NCBI GenBank assembly: GCA_030604855.1
Contig: JAUVVC010000002.1
Span: forward strand, 214,130-246,129
Direction of reading: 5' to 3'
Origin: Erysipelotrichaceae bacterium
GTDB lineage: Bacteria; Bacillota_I; Bacilli_A; Erysipelotrichales; Erysipelotrichaceae
Length of the DNA stretch: 32,000 bases
This document shows, piece after piece, positions 9,177 to 17,980 of this stretch. The position numbers and the translations under genes are program-made. The notes below the pieces were generated by a model. That model did not search any database. It was given only the letters and a program-made list of their open reading frames with translations, and had not been told where the DNA came from. The first letter of the stretch is position 1; every line of letters starts with the position of its first letter.

Positions 9177-9209
9177 AGGAGTTCATCATTAGTCTGCGTA
9201 AGTATAAGT

Positions 9210-10100
9210 ATGAACTGTGAAAAGATATTTCGAAAACTGATTGTTCAAGCGATTGAAAACAATGCCAGTGATATTCATCTCGAGATATCAAAACTTGGAT
9301 CACATTGTGAATTTAGAACACTTCAAGGTTTGATACGATATGAGTCGATCAAAGTGGTACCGGAGCTCTTTTCATACATCAAATACATATCCAATCTCGA
9401 TTTATACACGGATCGTAAACCACAATCAGGTCGAATCGTCATGCGTGTTTTCAATCGAGACATCTATTTAAGTATCGCACATTTTAAAAACTACTTGATT
9501 GAAACCATGGTTTTAAGAATCTTAAATCCTCAACAGCGCCTCAGTTTCGAATCATTGTTCAATACGAGTGAACAGATGATCATTCAAGAAATGATCGCCA
9601 GGAACTCAGGCTTGATTCTTTTTGCAGGGAGTACTGGAAGTGGTAAATCCACAAGTTTGTTCACTTTGATTCATCATCTAAGGGAGCAAAAAATCTATGC
9701 GATCGAGGATCCTGTTGAATTCTATTATCCAAACTTAGTGCAACTTGAAATCAATCCTTCCATAAACTTTGACTTTGAGGCCGCGATCAAACAGGTCTTA
9801 CGCCATGATCCCAATGTCATCATCATTGGTGAAATAAGAGATGAGAAAGAAGCAAAGGCTGCGATTCGTTGTGCGTACAGCGGACATCTTGTCTTATCCA
9901 CGATACATGCCAATGATGCTTATTCTGTAGTGGGTCGATTGGAAAACTTCAATATCAACAAACAAGAAATTAAGCAGGTTCTAAATGGAATCATTTATCA
10001 AAAATTACTTCATGATGATCAAAAGAAAATGCGCTTCGCTGCTTATGAAATCATCAATCACTATCAAATCCAAGCAACGCTTAAACACGATGCAGATTGA
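9210..10100 (+). CDS. comGA: Competence pseudopilus assembly ATPase ComGA (PilB/GspE family), 296 aa
   Basis: Walker A is GSTGSGKST, Walker B/Asp box is HDPNVIIIGEIRD, and the His box is GHLVLSTIHAN. It is the first gene of a seven-gene comG array. No clear SD precedes the start. Confidence 0.88.
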   Translation: MNCEKIFRKLIVQAIENNASDIHLEISKLGSHCEFRTLQGLIRYESIKVVPELFSYIKYISNLDLYTDRKPQSGRIVMRVFNRDIYLSIAHFKNYLIETMVLRILNPQQRLSFESLFNTSEQMIIQEMIARNSGLILFAGSTGSGKSTSLFTLIHHLREQKIYAIEDPVEFYYPNLVQLEINPSINFDFEAAIKQVLRHDPNVIIIGEIRDEKEAKAAIRCAYSGHLVLSTIHANDAYSVVGRLENFNINKQEIKQVLNGIIYQKLLHDDQKKMRFAAYEIINHYQIQATLKHDAD

Positions 10101-10986
10101 ACTGTTGCTGGAGTGTATCGAAAACAAACTCAATTTTGATGAGATTCATCGCATTCTTGGTATCGATCTAAGCCATGACAAGTGGATCGTCTATCTAAGT
10201 GAACGTGAGCAAGCCGATGTCCACCGATTGAGCAAATATCTTCATCCACTCGATGTCTTGGTCTTAATGTTTAAATCAAAGCTGAACATGCAGAACCGAA
10301 ACATGTTTATCAATCAGATTTTCGCTTATCCAACGCTTTTGTACTTTTTAAGTTTGAATCTCATGAGTTTCGTGATTCTAAGCTTGATTCCTTCAACCTA
10401 TACAAGTTTGCTTGTAATAAGCAAGCAGCAACCCAAGCTCCTCTTGAGTTTACTGCAGTTTTTTATCGGATTGGAGTGGGGAGTGCTGATACTCGCTCTC
10501 TTACTTCTGAGCAGACAACATAAGCTTCCTCACTTCGAAATTTATGCTTATTTCTACAAAAGAAAAAGCCAAAATCTGATCACATTATGGCAGAGTCATA
10601 CTTTTGCCACTAGTCTTCATCACTTGAATACACGTGCCATACCTTTACATACGTCGATTGAAATATTGAGTGAGAGTTCTTCGTTGATTCAGAAAAAGAT
10701 CGCATTGCATATTCAAACCAAGCTTGAGCAAGGAACACGACTTCAACATGCCTTTGATTATTTGGATGATCAGTTGGGACATACTTTAGGTATTGAGGAT
10801 TTTGAACGAAAAATTGATGTTCGCTTAGAGCGCTATCTGCATATTCTTGAAAAGCAGATACGGTATCAGATAAAACGATATGCAGGTATTTTTACAGTTT
10901 TTGTTTACTCACATATCACTTTAATGGTTGTCTTAGTCTATTCAACGCTCTTATACCCATTACAACTTTTGGAGCAAATCGTATGA
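10090..10986 (+). CDS. comGB: Competence pseudopilus platform membrane protein ComGB (GspF/PilC family)
   Basis: Polytopic membrane protein in the position directly after comGA. The start is set at ATG 10090 (MQIELLLECIE...), which overlaps the comGA stop by 11 nt. The ORF-track start at 9985 would overlap comGA by 116 nt. Confidence 0.75.
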   Translation: MQIELLLECIENKLNFDEIHRILGIDLSHDKWIVYLSEREQADVHRLSKYLHPLDVLVLMFKSKLNMQNRNMFINQIFAYPTLLYFLSLNLMSFVILSLIPSTYTSLLVISKQQPKLLLSLLQFFIGLEWGVLILALLLLSRQHKLPHFEIYAYFYKRKSQNLITLWQSHTFATSLHHLNTRAIPLHTSIEILSESSSLIQKKIALHIQTKLEQGTRLQHAFDYLDDQLGHTLGIEDFERKIDVRLERYLHILEKQIRYQIKRYAGIFTVFVYSHITLMVVLVYSTLLYPLQLLEQIV

Positions 10987-11279
10987 ACAAACGTGGTTTT
11001 ACGCTGTTAGAGATGATCTTTGTATTGTCCGTCATCAGTCTTGTCTTCTTACTCACAATTCCCAACATTCAAAAAGCTTTGAATCTCTTACATAATAAGG
11101 GCTGTGAAGCCCAAGTCACGCTTGTGGATGGTGCGATTCTTCAGTATGAGCTGACATACTTGAACCCACCCAGCTCCATTCAAGAATTGATTGATGAAGG
11201 ATACTTGAGTGAAAGCCAAAGTGTCTGCCAAGACAATCGAAGCATCGAAGTCATCGATGGCCAGGCAAATGTCCAATAA
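10983..11279 (+). CDS. comGC: Major competence pseudopilin ComGC
   Basis: Class III prepilin signal MNKRG|FTLLEMIFVLSVISLVFLL, with Glu at +5. There are two Cys (KGCEA ... SVCQD), as in the disulfide-bonded ComGC. It overlaps the comGB stop by 4 nt. Confidence 0.9.
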   Translation: MNKRGFTLLEMIFVLSVISLVFLLTIPNIQKALNLLHNKGCEAQVTLVDGAILQYELTYLNPPSSIQELIDEGYLSESQSVCQDNRSIEVIDGQANVQ

Positions 11280-11592
11280 AGGTTTCACCTTGATTGAAAT
11301 GTGCCTTGTATTGATGATCATCAGTATGCTTTCAATCATCCCATTTGATCGTGCGATCATTTCAATACAATTAAAGGAGATCCTAAATGAACTTATCACG
11401 ATTCAGTATCGAGCATTCACAACGCTTGAGAAGCAATCGATTGACTTGTCAATTTCCGATCAAACCGTTACATACAACACCAAAGGAAACATATCACAAG
11501 CAATGCGGATTGAGCTGCCGGAACAACGTATACGACTCACGCTTATGCTTGCGACGGGACGTATTTTCGTGCGAAGGGTCGAGCTTGATTGA
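11269..11592 (+). CDS. comGD: Minor pseudopilin ComGD
   Basis: Prepilin signal MSNKG|FTLIEMCLVLMIISML. It overlaps the comGC end by 11 nt and holds the correct position in the operon. Confidence 0.8.
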   Translation: MSNKGFTLIEMCLVLMIISMLSIIPFDRAIISIQLKEILNELITIQYRAFTTLEKQSIDLSISDQTVTYNTKGNISQAMRIELPEQRIRLTLMLATGRIFVRRVELD

Positions 11593-11737
11593 AGTCTTGA
11601 TCGTATTTGTTATGATCAATGTGATGTTGAATCTTAGTCTTGGACTGCTTGTGTTAAGCAACGATCGGGATTATACACGGATCGAAATCAAAGAGGGGTG
11701 TGATATCGAATGCGTCATCAAAATGGATATACCTTGA
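11549..11737 (+). CDS. comGE: Minor pseudopilin ComGE (start uncertain)
   Basis: Degenerate prepilin signal ...FSCEG|SSLIEVLIVFVMINV, with Glu at +5 after Gly. The only plausible in-frame start near the leader is TTG 11549. The ATG at 11387 would overlap nearly all of comGD. No SD is visible. Confidence 0.5.
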   Translation: MRRDVFSCEGSSLIEVLIVFVMINVMLNLSLGLLVLSNDRDYTRIEIKEGCDIECVIKMDIP

Positions 11738-12111
11738 TTGAGCTTCTTGTTTGTCTGTCCTTATTCGCATTGTTGAGTCCTATTGCCATTAGGCTTATTC
11801 AGTTTCAAATCAGATTTCCAGATCAGAACACACTGCGGCAGAATCAACTTGGTATACTGCAATTGCGTCGTTATATGAGTTTAGGTCTAAGTCATAAAAT
11901 TGATGAGGATCGTGTCTGCATGCTGTATCAAGATGAAGAATTCTGCTTCTACATGCATGAAAACAGTTTAATTGGTACTCCAGGCACGCAATTCTTTTTA
12001 GTGGACTTAGAAACACTTCGATTTTATGTTCATGATCATTGGCTGATTTTATCGTATCGATCTCAAAATCGCGATCACGTGTATCACATGTTATACAATG
12101 CGAAGTTCTAA
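11710..12111 (+). CDS. comGF: Minor pseudopilin ComGF
   Basis: Prepilin signal MRHQNG|YTLIELLVCLSLFALL. Size (133 aa) and position fit ComGF. Confidence 0.8.
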   Translation: MRHQNGYTLIELLVCLSLFALLSPIAIRLIQFQIRFPDQNTLRQNQLGILQLRRYMSLGLSHKIDEDRVCMLYQDEEFCFYMHENSLIGTPGTQFFLVDLETLRFYVHDHWLILSYRSQNRDHVYHMLYNAKF

Positions 12112-12481
12112 TCTTCTTTCATTTTTGATTTTTCTCTATATCCAATTTTTGAAACTATATCTTACCAATTTGAATATTGTCTCAAACATCATACTAGAGC
12201 AAGCGCAATACTCTAGATGGGAACGCTTCTCTTTTATTGAAGCGTATGCCATTCAAAGAACTGTGAAGCAATTCAAAGACTACAGATTCGATGCGATTTA
12301 CTTTGAAACAAGTCTAGGTGATGTACATATCGTATTTGTGGATGAATCTGCTTATCTTCATTTTGATTTTGAGACTGAAGTTTTTGCACGATTGGATTAT
12401 GACCTTGTGTACGATTCAGCCTTGGCATATGACATCATTCCAGAAGCTTTGGTCCCAAGTGTTGACAAAATCTCGCATTAG
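12098..12481 (+). CDS. comGG: ComGG-like protein (last gene of the comG operon)
   Basis: 127 aa with an N-terminal hydrophobic segment LLSFLIFLYIQFL. The call rests on position and size only. It overlaps comGF by 14 nt. Confidence 0.55.
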   Translation: MRSSNLLSFLIFLYIQFLKLYLTNLNIVSNIILEQAQYSRWERFSFIEAYAIQRTVKQFKDYRFDAIYFETSLGDVHIVFVDESAYLHFDFETEVFARLDYDLVYDSALAYDIIPEALVPSVDKISH

Positions 12482-12489
12482 CATAAAAT
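12462..12489 (+). promoter_or_regulatory. Putative sigma-A promoter for efp inside the comGG 3' end
   Basis: TTGACA (12462-12467), a 16-nt spacer, then TAAAAT (12484-12489). Confidence 0.5.
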
Positions 12490-12514
12490 AAATATGGCTA
12501 CAAGGAGAAAAGAT

Positions 12515-13072
12515 ATGATTATCGTAAACGATTTAAGACCAGGAATAACCTTTGTATATGAAAACAATATTTACAGTGTGATTGAAGCATCTCATAATAA
12601 AACAGCAATGCGTCAAATGATCATCAAAGCGAAAGCACGTAACCTACGTTCGGGCTCTATCATTGAAATATCATTCACAGGCGGAGATAAAGTCGAACCT
12701 GCTCACATTGATAAGAAAGAGATGCAGTACCTTTACGATTCTGGCGATGCATTGGTATTTATGGATACCAACACATATGAGCAGATTGAAATCCAGAAAT
12801 CGAATCTGACATGGGAATTGAACTTTTTGAAACCAAATGACAATGTGAACATCTCATCTTATGAGAATGAGATTCTTGGTTTGATTCTTCCAGATAAAGT
12901 GACTTTGCAAATCATCGAAACAGAACCCGCTGTTAAAGGGGACACAGCCACCAATGCATTAAAGAATGCGGTTGTTGAAACAGGTCTGCAAGTGCGTGTT
13001 CCAATGTTTATTGAGCAGGACGAATACATCATCGTCAATACATCGGATGGTAAATACCACAGTCGTGCTTGA
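12515..13072 (+). CDS. efp: Translation elongation factor P
   Basis: MIIVNDLRPGITFVYENNIY... aligns without gaps to the B. subtilis EF-P N-terminus. The C-terminal part ...VETGLQVRVPMFIEQDEYIIVNTSDGKYHSRA also fits. An AAGGAG SD lies 8 nt before ATG 12515, so I prefer it to the ORF-track ATG at 12494. Confidence 0.93.
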   Translation: MIIVNDLRPGITFVYENNIYSVIEASHNKTAMRQMIIKAKARNLRSGSIIEISFTGGDKVEPAHIDKKEMQYLYDSGDALVFMDTNTYEQIEIQKSNLTWELNFLKPNDNVNISSYENEILGLILPDKVTLQIIETEPAVKGDTATNALKNAVVETGLQVRVPMFIEQDEYIIVNTSDGKYHSRA

Positions 13073-13078
13073 TCAATG

Positions 13079-13108
13079 ATCTCAATCTAAATGATTGAGA
13101 TTTTTTTT
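13079..13108 (+). terminator. Intrinsic terminator after efp
   Basis: ATCTCAATC-TAAAT-GATTGAGAT is a perfect 9-bp stem followed by T7. Confidence 0.8.
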
Positions 13109-13149
13109 AACATGATCAGAAAATACAGTCTGCATTCTGAAGAAATTAC

Positions 13150-13178
13150 TTGACAACATTTTAACAACCAGATAAACT
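13150..13178 (+). promoter_or_regulatory. Putative sigma-A promoter of the ribU leader
   Basis: TTGACA (13150-13155), a 17-nt spacer, then TAAACT (13173-13178). Confidence 0.5.
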
Positions 13179-13185
13179 ATAAATG

Positions 13186-13333
13186 AACTTCAGGGCAGGG
13201 TGCAATTCCCGACCGGCGGTATACCCCGCGAGCCGAAAGGCAGAACTGGTTAGATTCCAGTGGCGACAGTAAAGTCTGGATGAAAGAAAGTTTTTTTCTT
13301 TTTTGATTAAGCCCGGAGTCTCGGGTTTTTCTA
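13186..13333 (+). promoter_or_regulatory. FMN riboswitch (RFN element) with a terminator expression platform
   Basis: Conserved RFN cores are CAGGGCAGGGTGCAATTCCCGACCGGCGGTA ... AGCCG ... GATTCCAGTGGCGACAGTAAAGTCTGGATGAAAGAAAG. Then comes the hairpin AAGCCCGGAG-TC-TCGGGTTT followed by TTCTATT (13309-13333), just before the ribU SD AAGGAGG. Confidence 0.92.
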
Positions 13334-13349
13334 TTCAAGGAGGAAAAAA

Positions 13350-13904
13350 ATGAAAAACACAAAACTCGTTACCTTAATTGGTATCATGACCGCTTTATCA
13401 TTCGTATTGTATTTGATTGAAATTCCGGTTGGATTTTTGTTTCCGAGTGCTCCATTCTTACAACTCGATTTTAGTGATGTACCAGCGATCCTACTCAGCA
13501 TTGCGTATGGGCCGATTGTAGGTACAGTCATCAATCTGTTTAAGAATGTATTGCACTTTATCTTTAAGTCACAAACACCGGCTGCTTCGGGTGAAATCGC
13601 GAACTTTTTTGCAGGTTTGGCACTCTATCTACCGATTTCAGTTTATTATTTCTACATCGTTAAAAACAAGAAATTTAAGATTGTTCCAAATATCCTATTA
13701 TTTGGTTTAGGCGTAGCTATGATGGTCGGTGTCATGGTGTTGATCAACTTTACCATTACACTTCCACTTTACGGTATTACGGGCGATGTTGAAAAATGGG
13801 CTTTCGTGTCTGCGATCACACCTTTCAATATTATGAAGGGATCTCTATTATCGATTCTAACCTTGCTTTTGTATCCACGATTGACAAAATTCCTAACGAA
13901 GTAA
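13350..13904 (+). CDS. ribU: Riboflavin transporter RibU (ECF transporter S component, YpaA family)
   Basis: 184-aa polytopic membrane protein starting MKNTKLVTLIGIMTALSFVLYLIEIPVGF...LQLDFSDVPAILLSIAYGP. It lies directly downstream of the FMN riboswitch. Confidence 0.85.
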   Translation: MKNTKLVTLIGIMTALSFVLYLIEIPVGFLFPSAPFLQLDFSDVPAILLSIAYGPIVGTVINLFKNVLHFIFKSQTPAASGEIANFFAGLALYLPISVYYFYIVKNKKFKIVPNILLFGLGVAMMVGVMVLINFTITLPLYGITGDVEKWAFVSAITPFNIMKGSLLSILTLLLYPRLTKFLTK

Positions 13905-13914
13905 AAGCTTTACT

Positions 13915-13943
13915 TTTTGATGTATGGAGCGCTATGCTATAAT
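13915..13943 (+). promoter_or_regulatory. Putative promoter with an extended -10 for the 13959-17628 gene string
   Basis: TGc TATAAT (13935-13943), with a TTGATG-like -35 at non-ideal spacing. The GAGAGG SD is at 13948-13953. Confidence 0.5.
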
Positions 13944-13958
13944 GTGTGAGAGGTAAAT

Positions 13959-14648
13959 ATGGAAACCCTATCACGTGTCAAGAAATATCAAGCGCTGCGC
14001 AATGAAATTGAAAATGACCGCGAAGAAGAACTGGTTTCACCAGCTCTTTCTTCATATGCGGAAAGATTGAATAAAATCGATCCTTTGTTGTCGAAACAAT
14101 CCACTCAAGCTAGAGATGAGAGCTACGAGGCTCTTCATTTTAGACGTGAACAAGCGATCAGTACAAATGAAACCTTCGGTGATAAACCAATCGAGACGGA
14201 TTACATTCAAGAATTTCTAGAAGAAGTTCGAAATTATAATTTGTCCAAAGGTTATCGCAAAGAGTTCGATACTGAACTCGATATTCTTAAAAAGCATGGT
14301 CCGTTCAACATACCTCGAACAGATGCTGTCAAAAGTGTTGTGTCAGAAGTACCAGAATCTGAAGATGAATTGACGATGCAGATCAAAACATTGATTGAAA
14401 ATGATTTTGAAGAAGTCGAAGATTCCACAAAACCAAATGATCCTGAAGAGTTGACACAGGTTTTGGAAGAAACGCAAAAATTACGGATTCAATTGAGTGA
14501 CTATGAGAAAGAACTTGTGAACATGAATGAATCTGTTCTATCTTCTCATCGTGTATTGAATATGGTCGTATTTTTCTTGGTTTTGGTATTGATCGTCATG
14601 CTTGGTTTTGCGATTTATTGGGTTCTATATTCTAAAGGATATTATTGA
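13959..14648 (+). CDS. Hypothetical acidic, probably coiled-coil protein with a single C-terminal TM anchor
   Basis: 229 aa with a good SD. The C-terminal TM is VLNMVVFFLVLVLIVMLGFAIYWVLY. The rest is highly charged and acidic (EDELTMQIKTLIENDFEEVEDSTKPNDPEE). I recognise no family. Its stop overlaps the cmk start (TTGATG). Confidence 0.6.
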   Translation: METLSRVKKYQALRNEIENDREEELVSPALSSYAERLNKIDPLLSKQSTQARDESYEALHFRREQAISTNETFGDKPIETDYIQEFLEEVRNYNLSKGYRKEFDTELDILKKHGPFNIPRTDAVKSVVSEVPESEDELTMQIKTLIENDFEEVEDSTKPNDPEELTQVLEETQKLRIQLSDYEKELVNMNESVLSSHRVLNMVVFFLVLVLIVMLGFAIYWVLYSKGYY

Positions 14649-15325
14649 TGAAAATAAATATTGCGATTGACGGCCCAAGTGCTTCTGGAAAGAGTACGAT
14701 TGCGAAAGCACTGGCCAAACGTTTAAATTATACGCACATCGATACAGGTTCAATGTATCGTGCATGTGCCTATTTGGCTTTAAAACATGATTTGAGACCA
14801 AATGATGAAGAACTTGTTGATTATGTCAACAAGAGCCAATTCGAATTCAATGAGAATGGTCATATCTTGTTAAATGGCAAAGACATTGATTCGAAAATTC
14901 GTTCTAAACACATTGATCTCTTAACATCTACGATTGCTCAGAATCAAGCAATACGTTCCACTTTGGTACGTATTCAACAACAAATGGCACATACCAAAGG
15001 TTATATTCTCGATGGTCGTGACATTGGTTCCGTGGTATTAAAAGATGCGGAGCTTAAGGTGTTTCAGACGGCTAGCATCGAATCGCGTGCCAAACGTCGT
15101 TTAACAGAATATCAAGTCAAAGGCATCGATGTCGATTATCAGACGATCTACGACGAAATCAAATTGCGGGATCTTCAAGATCGATCACGTGAACATTCGC
15201 CTTTGACGCAAACGGAAGATGCGCATGTTTTGGATACATCGGATCTGACGATAGAGCAAAGTGTTGATCAAGTTTATCGATGGGCTATGGAGCTCATCGA
15301 AGAAAGAAGGGATACAAATGATTGA
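14648..15325 (+). CDS. cmk: Cytidylate kinase
   Basis: [39 protein letters not shown] contains the P-loop and the CMP-kinase signature. ATG 14648 overlaps the upstream TGA. Confidence 0.93.
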   Translation: MKINIAIDGPSASGKSTIAKALAKRLNYTHIDTGSMYRACAYLALKHDLRPNDEELVDYVNKSQFEFNENGHILLNGKDIDSKIRSKHIDLLTSTIAQNQAIRSTLVRIQQQMAHTKGYILDGRDIGSVVLKDAELKVFQTASIESRAKRRLTEYQVKGIDVDYQTIYDEIKLRDLQDRSREHSPLTQTEDAHVLDTSDLTIEQSVDQVYRWAMELIEERRDTND

Positions 15326-16625
15326 TGGAGTTGTAGCGATCGTTGGTCGCCCTAATGTCGGAAAATCGACAATCTTTAATCGAATCATCGGAGAACGATT
15401 GTCCATCGTAGAAGATACGCCAGGCGTCACCCGTGATCGTATTTATGCGAAAGCAAATTGGTTGACGAAAGATTTCCGCTTAATTGATACAGGTGGAATT
15501 CAAGTAGAAAACGCGACTTTCCAAGAAGAAATCCGTGTCCAGGTTGACATCGCAATCGATGAAGCAGACGTGATCCTTTTTGTTGTAAACGGCAAAGATG
15601 GCGTTACCGATGATGATCGTTTCATTGCTCGGATGTTGAGAAATACCAGTAAGCCGATTATCTGTGCTGTAAATAAAACGGACAATCAAGATCAGGTCCA
15701 TGGAATTTATGATTTCTATGCTTTGGGTCTGGATGAAATCATTCCAGTAAGTGGTGTGCATGGGATTGGTATCGGAGATGTTTTAGACAGCATCATCAGT
15801 AAATTCTCAAAAAAGACGGTTCGAGATAAAGAAGGTCAGATTAAGTTCGCCATCATTGGTCGACCCAATGTGGGTAAGTCTTCTTTGGTCAATGCGATTT
15901 TGAATCAAGAACGTGTAATTGTATCCGATATTGAAGGGACAACGCGTGATGCCATTGACACCGTATTTCGCAATGAAGGCAAAGATTATGTTGTCATCGA
16001 TACAGCTGGAATACGGAAACGTGGCAAAGTATATGAGAACATTGAAAAATATGCAGTTTTACGTGCCATGCAAGCGATTGAGCGAGCGGATGTCATCCTT
16101 TTTGTAATCGATGGATTAAGCGGCATCCGTGAACAAGACAAGCATGTGGCTGGTTATGCTCATGAAGCAGGGAAGCCGATTCTAATTGTATACAATAAAT
16201 GGGATGTCATCACGAAGGATGAATCCAGCATGAACCGGATTACTGAACAGATTCGAGCAGAATTTGTATATTTGTCATTCGCACCCATTATTTTCGTATC
16301 GGCAAAGACAAAGCAAAGAGTCAATCAACTCATTCCAATGATCAATCGACTCTATGACTATAGTAATTTGAGAATCCAGACAAGCATCTTGAATGAAGTC
16401 ATCATGGATGCTCAGCTGGTTACGCCACCGCCTTCACATCAAGGTCAACGTTTGAAAATCTTGTATGCTGCTCAAGTTTCCGTGGCACCACCAACCATTG
16501 TTTTGTTTGTGAATGATCCAAAATTATTGCATTTCTCATATCGACGCTATTTGGAAAACCGTTTAAGAGAAGCCTTTGTCTTTGAAGGGACACCGATTCG
16601 CATCATTGCGCGATTAAAGGAGTGA
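15318..16625 (+). CDS. der: Ribosome-associated GTPase Der/EngA (two tandem GTPase domains plus a KH-like domain)
   Basis: Two G domains are present: [14 protein letters not shown]...DTGG...NKTD and [14 protein letters not shown]...DTAG...NKWD. The start at ATG 15318 has GAAGGG upstream and overlaps cmk by 8 nt. Confidence 0.93.
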   Translation: MIDGVVAIVGRPNVGKSTIFNRIIGERLSIVEDTPGVTRDRIYAKANWLTKDFRLIDTGGIQVENATFQEEIRVQVDIAIDEADVILFVVNGKDGVTDDDRFIARMLRNTSKPIICAVNKTDNQDQVHGIYDFYALGLDEIIPVSGVHGIGIGDVLDSIISKFSKKTVRDKEGQIKFAIIGRPNVGKSSLVNAILNQERVIVSDIEGTTRDAIDTVFRNEGKDYVVIDTAGIRKRGKVYENIEKYAVLRAMQAIERADVILFVIDGLSGIREQDKHVAGYAHEAGKPILIVYNKWDVITKDESSMNRITEQIRAEFVYLSFAPIIFVSAKTKQRVNQLIPMINRLYDYSNLRIQTSILNEVIMDAQLVTPPPSHQGQRLKILYAAQVSVAPPTIVLFVNDPKLLHFSYRRYLENRLREAFVFEGTPIRIIARLKE

Positions 16626-16629
16626 TATC

Positions 16630-17628
16630 ATGAAAATCGCAATCATTGGAAGTGGAAGCTGGGGGACTGCATTGGCTCAAGTCCTTGCGGACAATAAACA
16701 TGAAGTCATGGTCTGGGGAAGAAATCTAGATGAACTGGTGGATATTCAAGTCCATCATCAAAATGAAAAGTATTTTCCTGGGATTTTCATCCATGAATCG
16801 ATTCAAGCAAGCATGGATATTCATGCCTTATTGGATGCCGAAGTATTTTTACTGGCGATTCCTTCTGAAGCCATTGAAGATGTCTGTGAAACGCTAAATG
16901 CGGTTCTGGATCATCCAGTGATCTTCATTAATGTTTCCAAGGGTTTTCATCCGACAACACATCAACGTTTATCCGTATACATCAAGGAAAAAATAAAGCC
17001 TGGTATTCTGAAAGATGTTGTATCGTTGATTGGTCCTTCCCATGCGGAAGAAGTCATCATGCGACTTCCTACGACTGTAAATGCAGTCTGTGAGAATGAG
17101 GTGAGTTCGATCTTTATTCAAGAACTCTTCTCCAATGCTTACTTCCGGGTCTATCGAAACACTGATGTGGTTGGGGCTGAAATTGGTGTCGCTGTCAAAA
17201 ACATCATTGCCTTGGCCAGTGGAATGATTCATGGCCTTGGGTTTGGAGACAATGCGAAAGCGGCTTTGATCACACGTGGTTTAGCAGAGATGACACGTTA
17301 TGGTGTTTTCTATGGTGCCAAGCCTGAGACCTTTCTCGGGTTAACTGGGGTAGGGGACTTGGTTGTCACCTGCATGAGCATTCATTCACGGAATTTTCAA
17401 GCAGGTTTATTGATTGGGAAGAACGATTCAGCAAAATCGTTCTGGGAGTCCAATACGAAGACCGTTGAAGGTGTCAAAGCAGTTAAAATTGTTTATGAGG
17501 AGTCTTTAAAACACAATATTTATATGCCAATCACTTCGGCTGTTTATCATATCGTTTATGAGAATCAAGCCCCGTCAGAATTGGCCGTTCAACTCATGCA
17601 AAAAGAGCTTAAATCTGAGGAAGTCTAG
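16630..17628 (+). CDS. gpsA: NAD(P)H-dependent glycerol-3-phosphate dehydrogenase
   Basis: MKIAIIGSGSWGTALAQVLA is a Rossmann GxGxxG motif; GPSHAEEV and KNIIALASG are also conserved. An AAGGAG SD lies upstream. The der-gpsA adjacency is conserved in Bacillota. Confidence 0.92.
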   Translation: MKIAIIGSGSWGTALAQVLADNKHEVMVWGRNLDELVDIQVHHQNEKYFPGIFIHESIQASMDIHALLDAEVFLLAIPSEAIEDVCETLNAVLDHPVIFINVSKGFHPTTHQRLSVYIKEKIKPGILKDVVSLIGPSHAEEVIMRLPTTVNAVCENEVSSIFIQELFSNAYFRVYRNTDVVGAEIGVAVKNIIALASGMIHGLGFGDNAKAALITRGLAEMTRYGVFYGAKPETFLGLTGVGDLVVTCMSIHSRNFQAGLLIGKNDSAKSFWESNTKTVEGVKAVKIVYEESLKHNIYMPITSAVYHIVYENQAPSELAVQLMQKELKSEEV

Positions 17629-17693
17629 GTAGGTTGTGTTTCTTGTATTTAAAAGATGATAGTGATAAACTTTACTCAATGGAGGAATATAAA

Positions 17694-17978
17694 ATGAATG
17701 AAATATTAAACAAAAAGGGATTGGTTGATCTCGTAGCGGAAGCAAAAGAGATGAGCAAAAAACAAGCCGCTGAATTGGTTGACTTTATCTTTGATACCGT
17801 TAAAAATGAATTGGCTGAAGGTAATAAAGTAGATATCGCTGGTTTTGGGAAATTCGAAGTCGCAGCTCGTCCTGCGCGTGAAGGCATCAATCCAAAGACA
17901 TTGGAAAAGATCCATGTTTCAGCGTCTAAGGCTCCTAAGTTTAAAGCAGCTAAGGCATTAAAAGATTCCGTTAAATAA
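17694..17978 (+). CDS. hup: DNA-binding protein HU
   Basis: 94 aa, with ...VDIAGFGKFEVAARPAREGINPKTLEKIHVSASKAPKFKAAKALKDSV (HU arm and signature). A GGAGG SD lies 8 nt upstream of ATG 17694. The ORF-track start at 17634 is an upstream extension. Confidence 0.9.
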   Translation: MNEILNKKGLVDLVAEAKEMSKKQAAELVDFIFDTVKNELAEGNKVDIAGFGKFEVAARPAREGINPKTLEKIHVSASKAPKFKAAKALKDSVK

Positions 17979-17980
17979 TA

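Noticed and set aside
9177-9209. ComX cin-box or ComK boxes upstream of comGA
   Set aside because: TGCGTAAGTATAAG only loosely resembles TACGAATA, and no AAAA-N5-TTTT dyads with correct helical spacing are present. This is not enough to call a known competence promoter.
13177-13534. Minus-strand ORFs 13177-13362 and 13331-13534
   Set aside because: The first is the reverse complement of the FMN riboswitch and its terminator. The second is antisense to the ribU 5' end. Neither has an SD or a recognisable product.
17656-17697. 13-codon uORF (MIVINFTQWRNIK) ending in an ATGA overlap with the hup start
   Set aside because: It has no SD and its sequence looks unconserved and arbitrary. It is most simply a chance ORF in the hup promoter/leader.
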